A stretch of DNA of 64,000 nucleotides from contig JBAWXN010000003.1 of NCBI GenBank assembly GCA_037144045.1, positions 7,696 to 71,695 of the forward strand. The letters are read 5' to 3'. This DNA is from a bacterium (GTDB taxonomy: Bacteria > Patescibacteriota > Minisyncoccia > Phycocordibacterales > UBA1006). The notes beneath the pieces are model-generated. The model saw nothing but the letters and a program-made list of their open reading frames with translations, searched no databases and was not told where the DNA came from. Both the position numbers and the translations under genes were made by a program. Positions within the stretch are counted from its first letter, which is position 1; each line of letters opens with the position of its first letter. Shown here piece after piece: positions 36,799 through 46,922 of the stretch.

Positions 36799-38898
36799 AT
36801 GGCACAACAAAAAATAACACAGAAATTGGATACGTCTTCGACGGTTTTAGAAAAAATAATACAGTGGGGAATGATAGTGATGCTGGCACTTATGCCGTTA
36901 CTGTATTCAAATGGGCGCATAGCATCAGCGGTGACCTCAAAACAGTTTTTTATAATAGGATGTATCGACTTATTGGTCATTGTTTGGGTATGGTTACTTA
37001 CTACTGATAGTCGGTATCGAATTACTGTTAAAAACGCGATATGGTTCATACCTGCGACGTTGTTTGTAAGTTCAATGACAGTAAGTACCTTTATAGGGGT
37101 TGATTTTTATACTTCATTTCTATCAACTATTGAACGAGGGGGTGGATTGTTGTTTATTTTGCACCTATATTTATTTGCACTTATGATCGCATCAGTGGTG
37201 CGAGCAAGGGGAATGGTGTTTATAAAATCATTGTTTCAGGCAATACTGTTCTCTGCGGTAGGTGTCGCAATACTCACTTTTTTCACCCGTGAAGCATTCG
37301 ATATCGGTGTTGAATGGCTCAATGAAAGTGTGGGAGGTGCAACACTAGGGAATTCAACTATTGCCGGTTCTTATTTTGTATTCGCATTATTCGGTGCATT
37401 ATTCCTGTGGATATCAGAAACTAAAGTATGGAAAAAAATACTCTATGGAATCGGTTTATTAATAATAGGAACATCACCAATAGTATTTAACGTTAAGGGT
37501 TTTTTCATAACAAAGACCGCTTGGGCAGAGGTATTCCACAACCCATTAGTAATCATTGGTCAGGCACGGGCAGCGGTAGTATCTATTATTATCGGTCTTA
37601 TTATTGCTGTATTGGTTTATATCGTTGCAACACATCAGAAGAAGATAGTGAAAGGATTAGCATTAGCAGGGGTTGTAGTAATCCTTCTTGGAATTGGTTA
37701 TTCAGGGTATCAGGTGTTACAGGACGGTTCACGTGTCCAACAGCTATTTATGGATAAAGTAGGTCAAAACCGTATTACTTTTTGGCACGAAGCGTTTGCA
37801 GGAATTCGCGAACGTCCATGGCTTGGATGGGGACCCGAAAACTTTAAAGTAGTACATCAAAAATATCTTGATCCAATCCTTGCAGGACCTGCTCGGAATG
37901 CAGAAATTTGGGTAGATAAACCCCATAATGCCCTTATTGAAACAGTAGTGACTCAAGGGTATATTGGACTTATTGCATACATTATTTTCATTAGTGCCTT
38001 ATTTACCTGTGTTGTACGGTTAATGTATCTACGGGTCCTTGAACCTAAATACGGCGCAGTTTTTATTGGATTGTTGACTGCTTATCTGTTGCAGAATCAA
38101 TTTGCATTTGACTCCATTATTTCACTGGTGTGTTTATGGTTACTGGTTGGTATCGTGTTAGGATATACTGATCAAACAGATACAAATCGAAAACCAATTG
38201 TTCCAGGTGTGATTATAAAAGGAATGGCTGCAATTATAACAGTGGCATGCATTGTGGTGTGGGTCTTTGCAGCGTATTTCCCATCACGAAAAATGATCGT
38301 CGCTAAAGAAGTATTTGATAGTCCTATGAATGTTCGACCCGAACAGTATGCTGATTTATTTACAGGACATGGGTCGTTGCAGTTTACTACTAATTTAGGA
38401 ATGATGGTGTATACCCTTGCAGAATCATATTTGGCACAGCGTGCGGTAATTATGCAAAGTCCTCAATTGGTTGATGCAGCTTCGCATGAGGTGGACATGC
38501 TCCTTGACGCAATGGATTCTGTTGACTCCTATTCAGGGAAAGATTATAGATTTAAGGCTGCAGCTGCGATTTTTCAAGAAACTCAAGTAGCTATTACCCA
38601 GAAACTGGACGCAAAGCGGGTAGAGCGTATGAATCGCTATGCACAGGAAGCAATTGCTCTTTCGCCGACAAATCCATTTGGGTACATGATATATAGTAAA
38701 ATATTACTCTATACTCAAAATATATCAGAAGCGCGAGTCATGATTGATAAGGCAATAGCTCTTAATCCTACGATTAAAGAGGCACATTTACAAAAAATTG
38801 CTTTTGAGCAAGCGTATGGTAATAGATCACAACAGCAGGCAGCAATTGCAGACCTTGCTCGATATTTTCCTGAAAGTGTAGACATGTATCGTAAATAA
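36799..38898 (+). CDS. O-antigen ligase/polymerase-like (Wzy_C) polytopic membrane protein with C-terminal TPR-like domain
   Basis: 699 aa, more than 10 TM. Wzy_C-type loop WVDKPHNALIETVVTQGYIGL. Soluble alpha-helical C-terminal repeats. -10 TATAAT lies 6 nt before the ATG. Confidence 0.7.
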   Translation: MAQQKITQKLDTSSTVLEKIIQWGMIVMLALMPLLYSNGRIASAVTSKQFFIIGCIDLLVIVWVWLLTTDSRYRITVKNAIWFIPATLFVSSMTVSTFIGVDFYTSFLSTIERGGGLLFILHLYLFALMIASVVRARGMVFIKSLFQAILFSAVGVAILTFFTREAFDIGVEWLNESVGGATLGNSTIAGSYFVFALFGALFLWISETKVWKKILYGIGLLIIGTSPIVFNVKGFFITKTAWAEVFHNPLVIIGQARAAVVSIIIGLIIAVLVYIVATHQKKIVKGLALAGVVVILLGIGYSGYQVLQDGSRVQQLFMDKVGQNRITFWHEAFAGIRERPWLGWGPENFKVVHQKYLDPILAGPARNAEIWVDKPHNALIETVVTQGYIGLIAYIIFISALFTCVVRLMYLRVLEPKYGAVFIGLLTAYLLQNQFAFDSIISLVCLWLLVGIVLGYTDQTDTNRKPIVPGVIIKGMAAIITVACIVVWVFAAYFPSRKMIVAKEVFDSPMNVRPEQYADLFTGHGSLQFTTNLGMMVYTLAESYLAQRAVIMQSPQLVDAASHEVDMLLDAMDSVDSYSGKDYRFKAAAAIFQETQVAITQKLDAKRVERMNRYAQEAIALSPTNPFGYMIYSKILLYTQNISEARVMIDKAIALNPTIKEAHLQKIAFEQAYGNRSQQQAAIADLARYFPESVDMYRK

Positions 38899-38902
38899 GG
38901 TA

Positions 38903-38928
38903 AAAACCTCGCGAAAGCGGGGTTTTTG
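38903..38928 (+). terminator. intrinsic terminator
   Basis: AACCTCGC-gaaa-GCGGGGTTTTTG. Confidence 0.55.
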
Positions 38929-38954
38929 TATGGTTGTTTGCTATACTGAATCAT

Positions 38955-40814
38955 ATGAAAGAACGAATTTTGAGATATGTTAGGTCAATTCCTCGTGCAA
39001 TCCTAGGGGGTATTATTGGCGCAACTATTTTAGGAAGTGTGTTATTTACTACCACAGGAATTGTTTATAACTATATCAATTCTAAGGTACTGTTCATTCA
39101 AATTGGGTGTACTCTTATTATCGCATTAGGAATACTTATTGTTTCTTGGAAAGACGTCTGGTTATTCATTAAAAAAACACCCCTAGTACAAGCAATGCTT
39201 GGTTTTTTAGGGGTAACAGTCGTTGCGACAATGCTTGGACTTGATCCGGCATTGTCGTTTTATGGGCACTTTGAACGAGGGACTGGGTTATTATTAACAC
39301 TTCTTACCATGATTGCTTCGTTGAGTGCGGTACTTATTACAAGTCGCTTTTCGTTAGTTCGACAGGCGATCTTATATCCGTTGGCATTAGCTGGAGGGCT
39401 TTTAGGTGTTACTACTTGGATAGGACTTACTGGCTTTAATATGCACTATTGGTATATCCTTGGTAAATCATCCGGGGGCGGGGGAACACTAGGAAATTCA
39501 TCATTTGCGGGAACAGTGTTCATGATGACGTTCTTCATTACATTATATTTATTTTGCACTGCTTCATCTCTTAAAAAGAGACTTGCATTGTTAGTTATAG
39601 GTTTCTTTACATTAGTTAATCCGGTCATAATTTCACTTTCGTATTTTAAACCTCTCGCTGGAACCGTATTTGGGTTTATTGGTGATGCTCGAGGCGCGAC
39701 TCTTTCGATAGTCCTTGGATTAATTGTGTTCATGAGCTTTTTAGCAACAACGAATCGGTACAAAGCAGTTCGTGTTGCTGGGTGGTCTACGATAGGGATT
39801 ACGATCGCAGGGATTTTGATTGGAATGGTGATGTTGGCAACACCAGGTAATAAGGTACACGATTTCTTTGTTAAAACATCTGGCGCAGCACGATTCATGT
39901 ACTGGAATATGGCGCTCAAGCAAACCAAAGACCATTTGTTTTTGGGTACAGGACCAGAAACATTTCGGTATGCTCATGAAAAATATTTCGATACACGACT
40001 ACTTGCGCTCGGTGAACCATGGGCAGATAAGCCCCATAATAGCTATGTTGAAATAGTGATGTCGCTTGGGGTGCTCGGTTTAGCAATGTATATCATTATG
40101 ATTGGAAGTATTATTTGGCTGGTACTTCAACTGCGTCATAATTCAAAGCATACTTTCTTCATTGCAACCGTGCTTGGTTTTTTAACGGCGTATTTGGTAA
40201 ACAATAGTATTTTGTTTGACACGATGACCAGTACGTTATTATTTTTCATGATATTGGCATGGATTGCTTGGTATTGGTACAACGCACAATCTTATGAAAA
40301 GACGGTGGATAATCGAGGAGTTGTAGAATGGGGAACACGTATTGTGTTGGTAATTTTAGTAATAGTTCCTCTGTATGGAATCATCCATGGTGAAGCTATT
40401 AAACTCAGCACGGTCTGGAAAGAACTGTTTACAGAACCTCCGGCACGCATGGAACTCTATCAAGCAGGAGAGCTCGCTTCGCCCTATGGTGCTGGAATTT
40501 CATTTGCACAACGCGCTGATGATTACGGACAACGATATATGACCAATACTAAAATCCCTAAAGATGTCGCAATTAAAGACATTGAAGCGATTAATGCGAC
40601 ACTTATTGATACCATGTCGAAATATCCCGCAAACACCCAAAGTTACATAGCGCTCGGTAATTTAGCACTTGCACACATTATCCAATCAGGTACTGCAAGT
40701 CCATTATGGATTCAAGAACTTAAACTTGCGGAACAAGGAGTGACGTTATTATCGCCACAAAATCCTCGCGCTGCTTATTTTAAACAACAGGTAACTTTGT
40801 ATGAAAAAAAATAG
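38955..40814 (+). CDS. O-antigen ligase-like (Wzy_C) membrane protein with C-terminal TPR-like domain, paralog of the upstream gene
   Basis: Same architecture, with WADKPHNSYVEIVMSLGVLGL loop motif. Start taken at ATG 38955, 7 nt after -10 TATACT. Confidence 0.7.
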   Translation: MKERILRYVRSIPRAILGGIIGATILGSVLFTTTGIVYNYINSKVLFIQIGCTLIIALGILIVSWKDVWLFIKKTPLVQAMLGFLGVTVVATMLGLDPALSFYGHFERGTGLLLTLLTMIASLSAVLITSRFSLVRQAILYPLALAGGLLGVTTWIGLTGFNMHYWYILGKSSGGGGTLGNSSFAGTVFMMTFFITLYLFCTASSLKKRLALLVIGFFTLVNPVIISLSYFKPLAGTVFGFIGDARGATLSIVLGLIVFMSFLATTNRYKAVRVAGWSTIGITIAGILIGMVMLATPGNKVHDFFVKTSGAARFMYWNMALKQTKDHLFLGTGPETFRYAHEKYFDTRLLALGEPWADKPHNSYVEIVMSLGVLGLAMYIIMIGSIIWLVLQLRHNSKHTFFIATVLGFLTAYLVNNSILFDTMTSTLLFFMILAWIAWYWYNAQSYEKTVDNRGVVEWGTRIVLVILVIVPLYGIIHGEAIKLSTVWKELFTEPPARMELYQAGELASPYGAGISFAQRADDYGQRYMTNTKIPKDVAIKDIEAINATLIDTMSKYPANTQSYIALGNLALAHIIQSGTASPLWIQELKLAEQGVTLLSPQNPRAAYFKQQVTLYEKK

Positions 40815-41628
40815 TTCAACGGTAAGTGTTATTATTCCAACTTATAATTCTGCTGCAACCCTCATGCGGGCTCTTGATAGTGTACTCGGTCAAACCTATA
40901 AACCACTTGAAATAATTGTCGTAGATGACGGTTCCACTGATGACACTAAAAAAATCTTAGAGTCATACATAAGTAATAGTTCTATTACTTATGTATATCA
41001 ACAGAATGCTGGTTGTGGGCGTGCGCGAAATAATGGAATAACTTTGGCTCAAGGGGAATATATTGCACTCCTCGACGCCGATGATTTTTGGCATACTGAA
41101 AAGCTCGCTCGACAGATTGAAGTATTTAAAAATCATCCAGACACATTAGTGTGTTATACAGAAAGCTATATTGTGGATCCGTATCATAAGATTATTTGGG
41201 ATTTAGTACGAACGATTCGTACACGGCCAAGGTCAGGATGGATTGCAAAATATTTTGTTATTAACAATATGGTACTTCCTTCAAGTACTCTTATTCCTAA
41301 AAGTGCCTTGATTGCCGTAGGGGGATTTTGTGAACAGTATAATTTGATGATGGTGGCTGATCTTGATATGTGGCTGAAATTAGCTTCTCGTGGGAAGTTT
41401 TACGCATGTAATACGCCGCTTACGTTTTATCAAACACGAGCACGTATTACCCAGGCTCAAATTAAAGAAAACCATCGTCAAGTACGAGAAGTGTTCAAGA
41501 GGGCGTTAATTCACGAATCATGGTCAGTGAAAGGATGGTATTTCCTTGGTTATGTAAAATCTTGGCTATTGTATCTAGTTCAGTCAATTAAGCTCGTGAA
41601 CACAATTAAGCAAAAAATGATAAAATAA
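40801..41628 (+). CDS. family 2 glycosyltransferase
   Basis: VSVIIPTYNSAATL...IIVVDDGSTDDT...LDADD, the GT-A DxD signature. Confidence 0.85.
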   Translation: MKKNSSTVSVIIPTYNSAATLMRALDSVLGQTYKPLEIIVVDDGSTDDTKKILESYISNSSITYVYQQNAGCGRARNNGITLAQGEYIALLDADDFWHTEKLARQIEVFKNHPDTLVCYTESYIVDPYHKIIWDLVRTIRTRPRSGWIAKYFVINNMVLPSSTLIPKSALIAVGGFCEQYNLMMVADLDMWLKLASRGKFYACNTPLTFYQTRARITQAQIKENHRQVREVFKRALIHESWSVKGWYFLGYVKSWLLYLVQSIKLVNTIKQKMIK

Positions 41629-41632
41629 AACC

Positions 41633-42721
41633 ATGATTACTGTTACGATACTTACCACAACTCATGCATCAACAGGTGGCGTAGAGCGCTTTGTAAGCTA
41701 TTTGGAAAAAGAGCTTATTTTGCATGAATGTGCAGTGACCATAATTGCAAAACAAGATTTACGTCCTTGGCAACAGAAAATAATTGGACTCGCAAAATAT
41801 GTAGCAAGTGATCAAATAGTACTAGGGTATTTTTTAGGGTGTGTAGCTATGCGAGGTACTAGTGATGTAGTTATTACTAATGGACTCCTCGGGTGGAATA
41901 TTCGTAATAAAAAAGTTATTAATGTTCATCATGGTACGTTTATCAAAGGTGCGCTGCGTACTCGACACGACGATGTATGGATTAAATACATTATTAAACG
42001 TTACTGGTGGTCGTGGTTTGAGCAAAAAGCGGCTCGTGGTGCAACGGTATGTGCTGCAGTTTCAGAAGAAACACGACAGTCAGTGATGCACTATTACCGC
42101 GCAAAAAACGTGGTTACTATTCCTAATGCTATCGATACCGATTTATTTGTGCCCAACACTCAAGAAGTGGCACGAAAAAGTTTAGGACTTCCATTAGATA
42201 AGAAAATAGTGTTCTTCGCGAGCCGTCTTGGATCGCAGAAAGCAGGGCAATTAGTACTGGCAATTGCTCAGCATATTAAAAAAACACGTCCTAATGTAAT
42301 AGTAGTAGGTGCAGTATTTGGACAACAGTTTTCACAAGAATCAGGTATTATTGGGCTCGATAATGGTTCGTATGATCGATTGGTGATGGCGTATAATGCG
42401 GCAGATGTATTTTTGCTTCCATCACGCCATGAAGGATCGTCGCTTGCACTGCTTGAATCAATGGCATGTGGACTACCTTTTTTAGCAAGTCCTGTCGGGT
42501 TAGTACCAGAACTCCTTGAGAAAAAATTATTTACCGAATGTATTGTGAGTGAACCAACTGTTGATGCTTATATGAATCATTTGAATAAACTCCTTGGGTT
42601 GTCGACTGACGATCAAATAATACTTGCACAACAACTCCGAACATATGTGGTTGAACATCATAATTTACAGCAGTTCGGAAATAATTATTTTTCACTCATT
42701 AAAACTATTACATCACTATGA
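41633..42721 (+). CDS. family 4 (GT-B) glycosyltransferase
   Basis: C-terminal LLPSRHEGSSLALLESMACGLPFLASPVG, the GT4 EX7E-type motif. Confidence 0.8.
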   Translation: MITVTILTTTHASTGGVERFVSYLEKELILHECAVTIIAKQDLRPWQQKIIGLAKYVASDQIVLGYFLGCVAMRGTSDVVITNGLLGWNIRNKKVINVHHGTFIKGALRTRHDDVWIKYIIKRYWWSWFEQKAARGATVCAAVSEETRQSVMHYYRAKNVVTIPNAIDTDLFVPNTQEVARKSLGLPLDKKIVFFASRLGSQKAGQLVLAIAQHIKKTRPNVIVVGAVFGQQFSQESGIIGLDNGSYDRLVMAYNAADVFLLPSRHEGSSLALLESMACGLPFLASPVGLVPELLEKKLFTECIVSEPTVDAYMNHLNKLLGLSTDDQIILAQQLRTYVVEHHNLQQFGNNYFSLIKTITSL

Positions 42722-43602
42722 TTGACGTTATTATGCCAACTTATAATCGCGCACAAGCCCTTACGAAAGTAATGGATTCTTACCTGTCGCAAGATTTCCT
42801 TGGGAAAATTATTTTCGTAGATGATTGCAGTACGGATACCACTACAGAATATGTGGCAGGACTTGCACAACAATATCCTGGTAAAATTGTGTATCATCGC
42901 ATGGATAAAAAATCTACATTACCTAATATTCGTAATGTAGGTATTCACCTTGCGACCAACGATTATATTTTTATGGGCGAAGACGACGTGTATTTACCTG
43001 AAGGTCATTTTAAAATCCTTCTTGAAAAAATGAATGAATACCAGGCTGACCTTATTTCAGGACGACGGGTAAACATGTTTGCGGATCAAGACCAAGTGCT
43101 GGCTAAAAAACTGGCAGACTTGGATCATCGTCCGGTGTTTGTAAACGTTCCATTCGAGGCATATTTTGAACGAGTAGTTGATAAGGCTCAATCAGTAAAT
43201 CGATTGCATTCAAATATGCTCATGAAACGCTCAGTATTCGATAAAGTACAATACGATCCGTGGTATGGAGGAAACGCATTTCGAGAAGAAACAGACTTTT
43301 TTCTACGAGTCTGGGATGCTGGATTCACACTGTGGCTTATTCCAGATACCTTGTCATATCATATGAAAAACACTGCAGTAAACCAGACTGGGGGATCACG
43401 AAAAAAACGATGGGTCTACGAATGGCAAGTTTGGAAAAACACTGCGCATTTATTTATAAAAAACAAAAAAATATTTACTGAAAAATTACATTCGGGCAAT
43501 ATTTATTGGTATTTAGTACGTTGTTTAATTGCTCGATATACCTACGGACTTTTTAGATTTATTGAACAACAGATTCATAGAAAAAAATATGCACAAACGT
43601 AA
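42718..43602 (+). CDS. family 2 glycosyltransferase
   Basis: IDVIMPTYNRAQAL...IIFVDDCSTDTT...GEDD. ATGA overlap with the upstream gene. Confidence 0.8.
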   Translation: MIDVIMPTYNRAQALTKVMDSYLSQDFLGKIIFVDDCSTDTTTEYVAGLAQQYPGKIVYHRMDKKSTLPNIRNVGIHLATNDYIFMGEDDVYLPEGHFKILLEKMNEYQADLISGRRVNMFADQDQVLAKKLADLDHRPVFVNVPFEAYFERVVDKAQSVNRLHSNMLMKRSVFDKVQYDPWYGGNAFREETDFFLRVWDAGFTLWLIPDTLSYHMKNTAVNQTGGSRKKRWVYEWQVWKNTAHLFIKNKKIFTEKLHSGNIYWYLVRCLIARYTYGLFRFIEQQIHRKKYAQT

Positions 43603-44809
43603 AGTACTTGTCGCGTTGTTCCGGTTGCCGTATCCAGCAACTGATGGAACACGATTTAAAATTCTCCATAACCTCGTATCAGGCCTTAAAAAAGAATTTG
43701 AGGTGGAGTTTTTTGTGGTGAATATTAAATCGTACACCCAATCTGATATTGACCATTTGGAGCAAAATTATGGAAAGGTGCACGTGTTCCATAGATCGAA
43801 ATTAGCGTATCTGTTTAATGCGTTTCCTGCGCTATACAACGGATTACCGCTTCAGGCCCAAGCGTTTCACTTTAAGGGTGCACAAAAATGGCTTGATGTG
43901 CATATTGACGATTATGATGCGGTATATATTCACGAGATTCGTATGACTGAATTTTTTATTAATTATTCAGATGTACAGAAGCAGAAATTCTTGGTTGATT
44001 TCAACGACGCTATTTCTATGAACTATCAAGCAGGAGTTCAGAAAATGAATGTCTTTAAAAAGTTATTTTATACCTGGGAAGGGAATCGGGTTGCGCGCTA
44101 TGAATCACAAGTGCTTACCACGTTTAACCATTTCAGTATTGTTTCGGAGGTAGATAAAAAATATCTACTCAATGCGCCAGCGTATCATGGTTCTAAAAAT
44201 CTTGATTTTTCAGTAGTAAATCACGGAGCTCCTATTCCGAGCGAGGTTGCAACCTGTGACCAACATAAAATATTTTTTATGGGTAGTTTGGATTACGAAC
44301 CAAATCGTGATGCGGTGCGCTACTTGATTGAAACTATCTGGCCTCAACTGAGTGTAAAAATTCCTGAAGTAGAACTCGTTATTATTGGTGGGGGAACTAT
44401 TCCTGAATCGTATAAGCATATTCCAAGAATTATTTTTTCTGGATTCGTACCCAATGTCTTCGAAGTGGTGCGTCATTGTAAAGCGTTGGTTGCCCCTATT
44501 CGATTTGCGGGAGGGACTCCTTCAAAAATTATTGAAGCAATGGGGTATGGTATTCCAGTAGTAACAACACCACAAGGCGCCGCGGGTATTTCTGGAATCG
44601 AACCAGGCAACAACATTATTACTGTTTCAGAACAGGATGTGGATGCTTGGGTAGAAATCATTAACAAATTAATACAGGATTCGAACTATTTGAATGCTAT
44701 TGCTCGCAAGGGGAGACTATTAGTAGAAGAACGGTATTCCCAGCAAGCCGCCGAACAAGTATTCTGTAATCGCTTAAAAGAAGTCGCTGACAGTATTCAT
44801 ACTCTATAA
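43589..44809 (+). CDS. family 4 (GT-B) glycosyltransferase
   Basis: GGTPSKIIEAMGYGIPVVTTPQGAAGI C-terminal nucleotide-sugar binding motif. Start taken at ATG 43589 (MHKRKVLV), overlapping the upstream stop. Confidence 0.8.
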   Translation: MHKRKVLVALFRLPYPATDGTRFKILHNLVSGLKKEFEVEFFVVNIKSYTQSDIDHLEQNYGKVHVFHRSKLAYLFNAFPALYNGLPLQAQAFHFKGAQKWLDVHIDDYDAVYIHEIRMTEFFINYSDVQKQKFLVDFNDAISMNYQAGVQKMNVFKKLFYTWEGNRVARYESQVLTTFNHFSIVSEVDKKYLLNAPAYHGSKNLDFSVVNHGAPIPSEVATCDQHKIFFMGSLDYEPNRDAVRYLIETIWPQLSVKIPEVELVIIGGGTIPESYKHIPRIIFSGFVPNVFEVVRHCKALVAPIRFAGGTPSKIIEAMGYGIPVVTTPQGAAGISGIEPGNNIITVSEQDVDAWVEIINKLIQDSNYLNAIARKGRLLVEERYSQQAAEQVFCNRLKEVADSIHTL

Positions 44810-44814
44810 CTAAT

Positions 44815-45495
44815 ATGGAATTCCTCACTCAAACAAAACAATATATCCGTAATCAGTTTCCAAGTCTTTTTACTGTTTTAAAAAAGCTGCGTAATGTTCC
44901 TGGGTTGGCGCACATGAATGCATTAGCGTCACCGATTACGGAACGATTTGATGCTTCAAAAGAAGACGATGCGTATTTTAAAAAATACATGGATGAAGTA
45001 ATTCGTACTATTAATTCATTACCGCATGCAGGTGAACTGCTTGATATTGGGTGCGGCCATGGATTCGCAACACAGATGCTCGCGGAACTGCCTCGAGTTA
45101 CTAACGTGGTTGCACTGGATAAAGTACCGCGTGATTACTTTCACTATCTCGATAATCCAAAAATTACTTTTTATTCAGAAGACATTACTTCATTCGATTT
45201 TTCACCATGGGTAGATCGCTTTGATGCGGTCGTGAGTACAGAATTTGTTGAACATATTTCTGAACATGATGGGGAAGTGTTAGTACAAAACGTGTTTAAG
45301 GTAGTAAAACCAGGAGGATATTTTATTGGTTCTACACCGCTTAATCCGACTCAAGATAATCTCTTTACTCATAATCCATTTCATATTCGTGAATATCAGC
45401 CAAGTGTATTCAAGAAAATACTTGAACAGGTTGGATTTCGCACTATTGTAATTAAGGAGCTTGGTGATTGTTTTGTTTGGATAGCACAAAAATAA
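44815..45495 (+). CDS. class I SAM-dependent methyltransferase
   Basis: Motif I LLDIGCGHGFAT and motif II-like VVKPGGYFIGSTP. Confidence 0.8.
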   Translation: MEFLTQTKQYIRNQFPSLFTVLKKLRNVPGLAHMNALASPITERFDASKEDDAYFKKYMDEVIRTINSLPHAGELLDIGCGHGFATQMLAELPRVTNVVALDKVPRDYFHYLDNPKITFYSEDITSFDFSPWVDRFDAVVSTEFVEHISEHDGEVLVQNVFKVVKPGGYFIGSTPLNPTQDNLFTHNPFHIREYQPSVFKKILEQVGFRTIVIKELGDCFVWIAQK

Positions 45496-45503
45496 TCGTA
45501 TAT

Positions 45504-45532
45504 ACAAAATCGCCCTACGGGGCGACTTTGTA
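45504..45532. terminator. bidirectional intrinsic terminator
   Basis: AAAATCGCCC-tac-GGGGCGACTTT between convergent genes. Confidence 0.55.
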
Positions 45533-46801
45533 TTAATTACGAAATAGATGGTTTCGTAATTTGAATCCAGTAATTAAGGTAATAGTGGTGAGTCCAACAA
45601 CACTTGCAATAGCGGCGCCAACACCTTGGTAATGAGGAATCAAGAGTACGTCAAGTGCAATATTTACGACAACGCCTACAATGTTTGCGATAACAAATTG
45701 TTTTTGTTTGTCGAGCGCGAGAACGACGTTGTTGAGAATACTCAAGATAAATACAGGAATATAAGACAGTGCAAGAATGGTCAGAATAGGTGCGCCTACT
45801 ACGAATGAATAACCAAAAAGAATATTCATGATCGGTACTGACCCAAGAATCATAATGGTCATCAATGGAACCGCTAGAACCAACATGAGTATGAGCGATT
45901 TTCTAATAGCGCTCATGATATCTGATTGGTCTTGTGTTTTTTGTACGAGTGTCGGGAAGGTACTTGTTGCAAATAGTGATGCAAGAATATAAAACATTTG
46001 AACAATACGACTCGCAGCAGCATAGAGTCCCACATCAGTAGTGGTTCCGTAATATCCTAAAAATAAGGTATCAGTATTAAAAATGAGTACGTTTGATATT
46101 GCAAGTACGGTAAACGGCCATGCAGCAAAGAATATTTCGTTGAGCAGTTTTCGAGAAAACGTTTTACGAATATTGGGAAGGTAGTTACGAATAACAAAAA
46201 ACATAATACTCGTCCCGATAAAGCTCCCTAATGCATATCCCCAAGCTAGTGAAAGTGGGGTAGGTGATACCATCATAAAGCTAATCCCAAAAATTACTAT
46301 CAAGGTATTGGTAATAATTTGGACTTTCGCGTCGACATGCATACGTTGTTCAGCACGGGTAATAGAGAAGAAGAGCGCGCGCAGTGCATCACAAAACATA
46401 AGGAACGCAATTACGGGAATGATGACTCGTGACGCAGGAATAGTGCTTACCAATGGGCCAATACCAATAAAAAATAGTAATGCAACAACACCGAGTATTA
46501 TTTTTAATACGAGTGCGGTTCCAAAAATAATATGTTTATCGTGTTCATTTTTTGCAAAGCTACGGGTTACAAATGTGGCAATACCTGCGTCTTCAAAAAA
46601 AGTAAGGAATCCTCCAAGTGCGATGGCGTAACTAAAAACCCCAAGTCCGGAAACGCCGAGCATGCGGGCTGCAACAATTCCAAGACCTCCACGCGCGATG
46701 CGGCTTCCTATTTCAGCAAGAGACAGCCAAATAGTGTTACGGAGTATAGTTTTTTTGGTGGTACTCACGTTTGAGAGAAATTCTCGAGTCTTTTGAATCA
46801 T
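45533..46801 (-). CDS. Wzx-type polysaccharide/oligosaccharide flippase (MOP superfamily)
   Basis: About 12-14 TM helices, length ~420 aa, organisation typical of Wzx. Start set at the internal ATG (MIQKTREF), since the ORF track begins with an upstream TTG. Confidence 0.7.
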   Translation of the reverse strand: MIQKTREFLSNVSTTKKTILRNTIWLSLAEIGSRIARGGLGIVAARMLGVSGLGVFSYAIALGGFLTFFEDAGIATFVTRSFAKNEHDKHIIFGTALVLKIILGVVALLFFIGIGPLVSTIPASRVIIPVIAFLMFCDALRALFFSITRAEQRMHVDAKVQIITNTLIVIFGISFMMVSPTPLSLAWGYALGSFIGTSIMFFVIRNYLPNIRKTFSRKLLNEIFFAAWPFTVLAISNVLIFNTDTLFLGYYGTTTDVGLYAAASRIVQMFYILASLFATSTFPTLVQKTQDQSDIMSAIRKSLILMLVLAVPLMTIMILGSVPIMNILFGYSFVVGAPILTILALSYIPVFILSILNNVVLALDKQKQFVIANIVGVVVNIALDVLLIPHYQGVGAAIASVVGLTTITLITGFKLRNHLFRN

Positions 46802-46922
46802 ATGATGTATTGTACTTATTTTACGTATATTTTCCAAGGAATTATTTATAGTTACTTGAATAGTTCTTATATATTTCTTGAGGGCTCATTTGGTTTACTA
46901 GGGGAAACTAAAAATAAAATAT

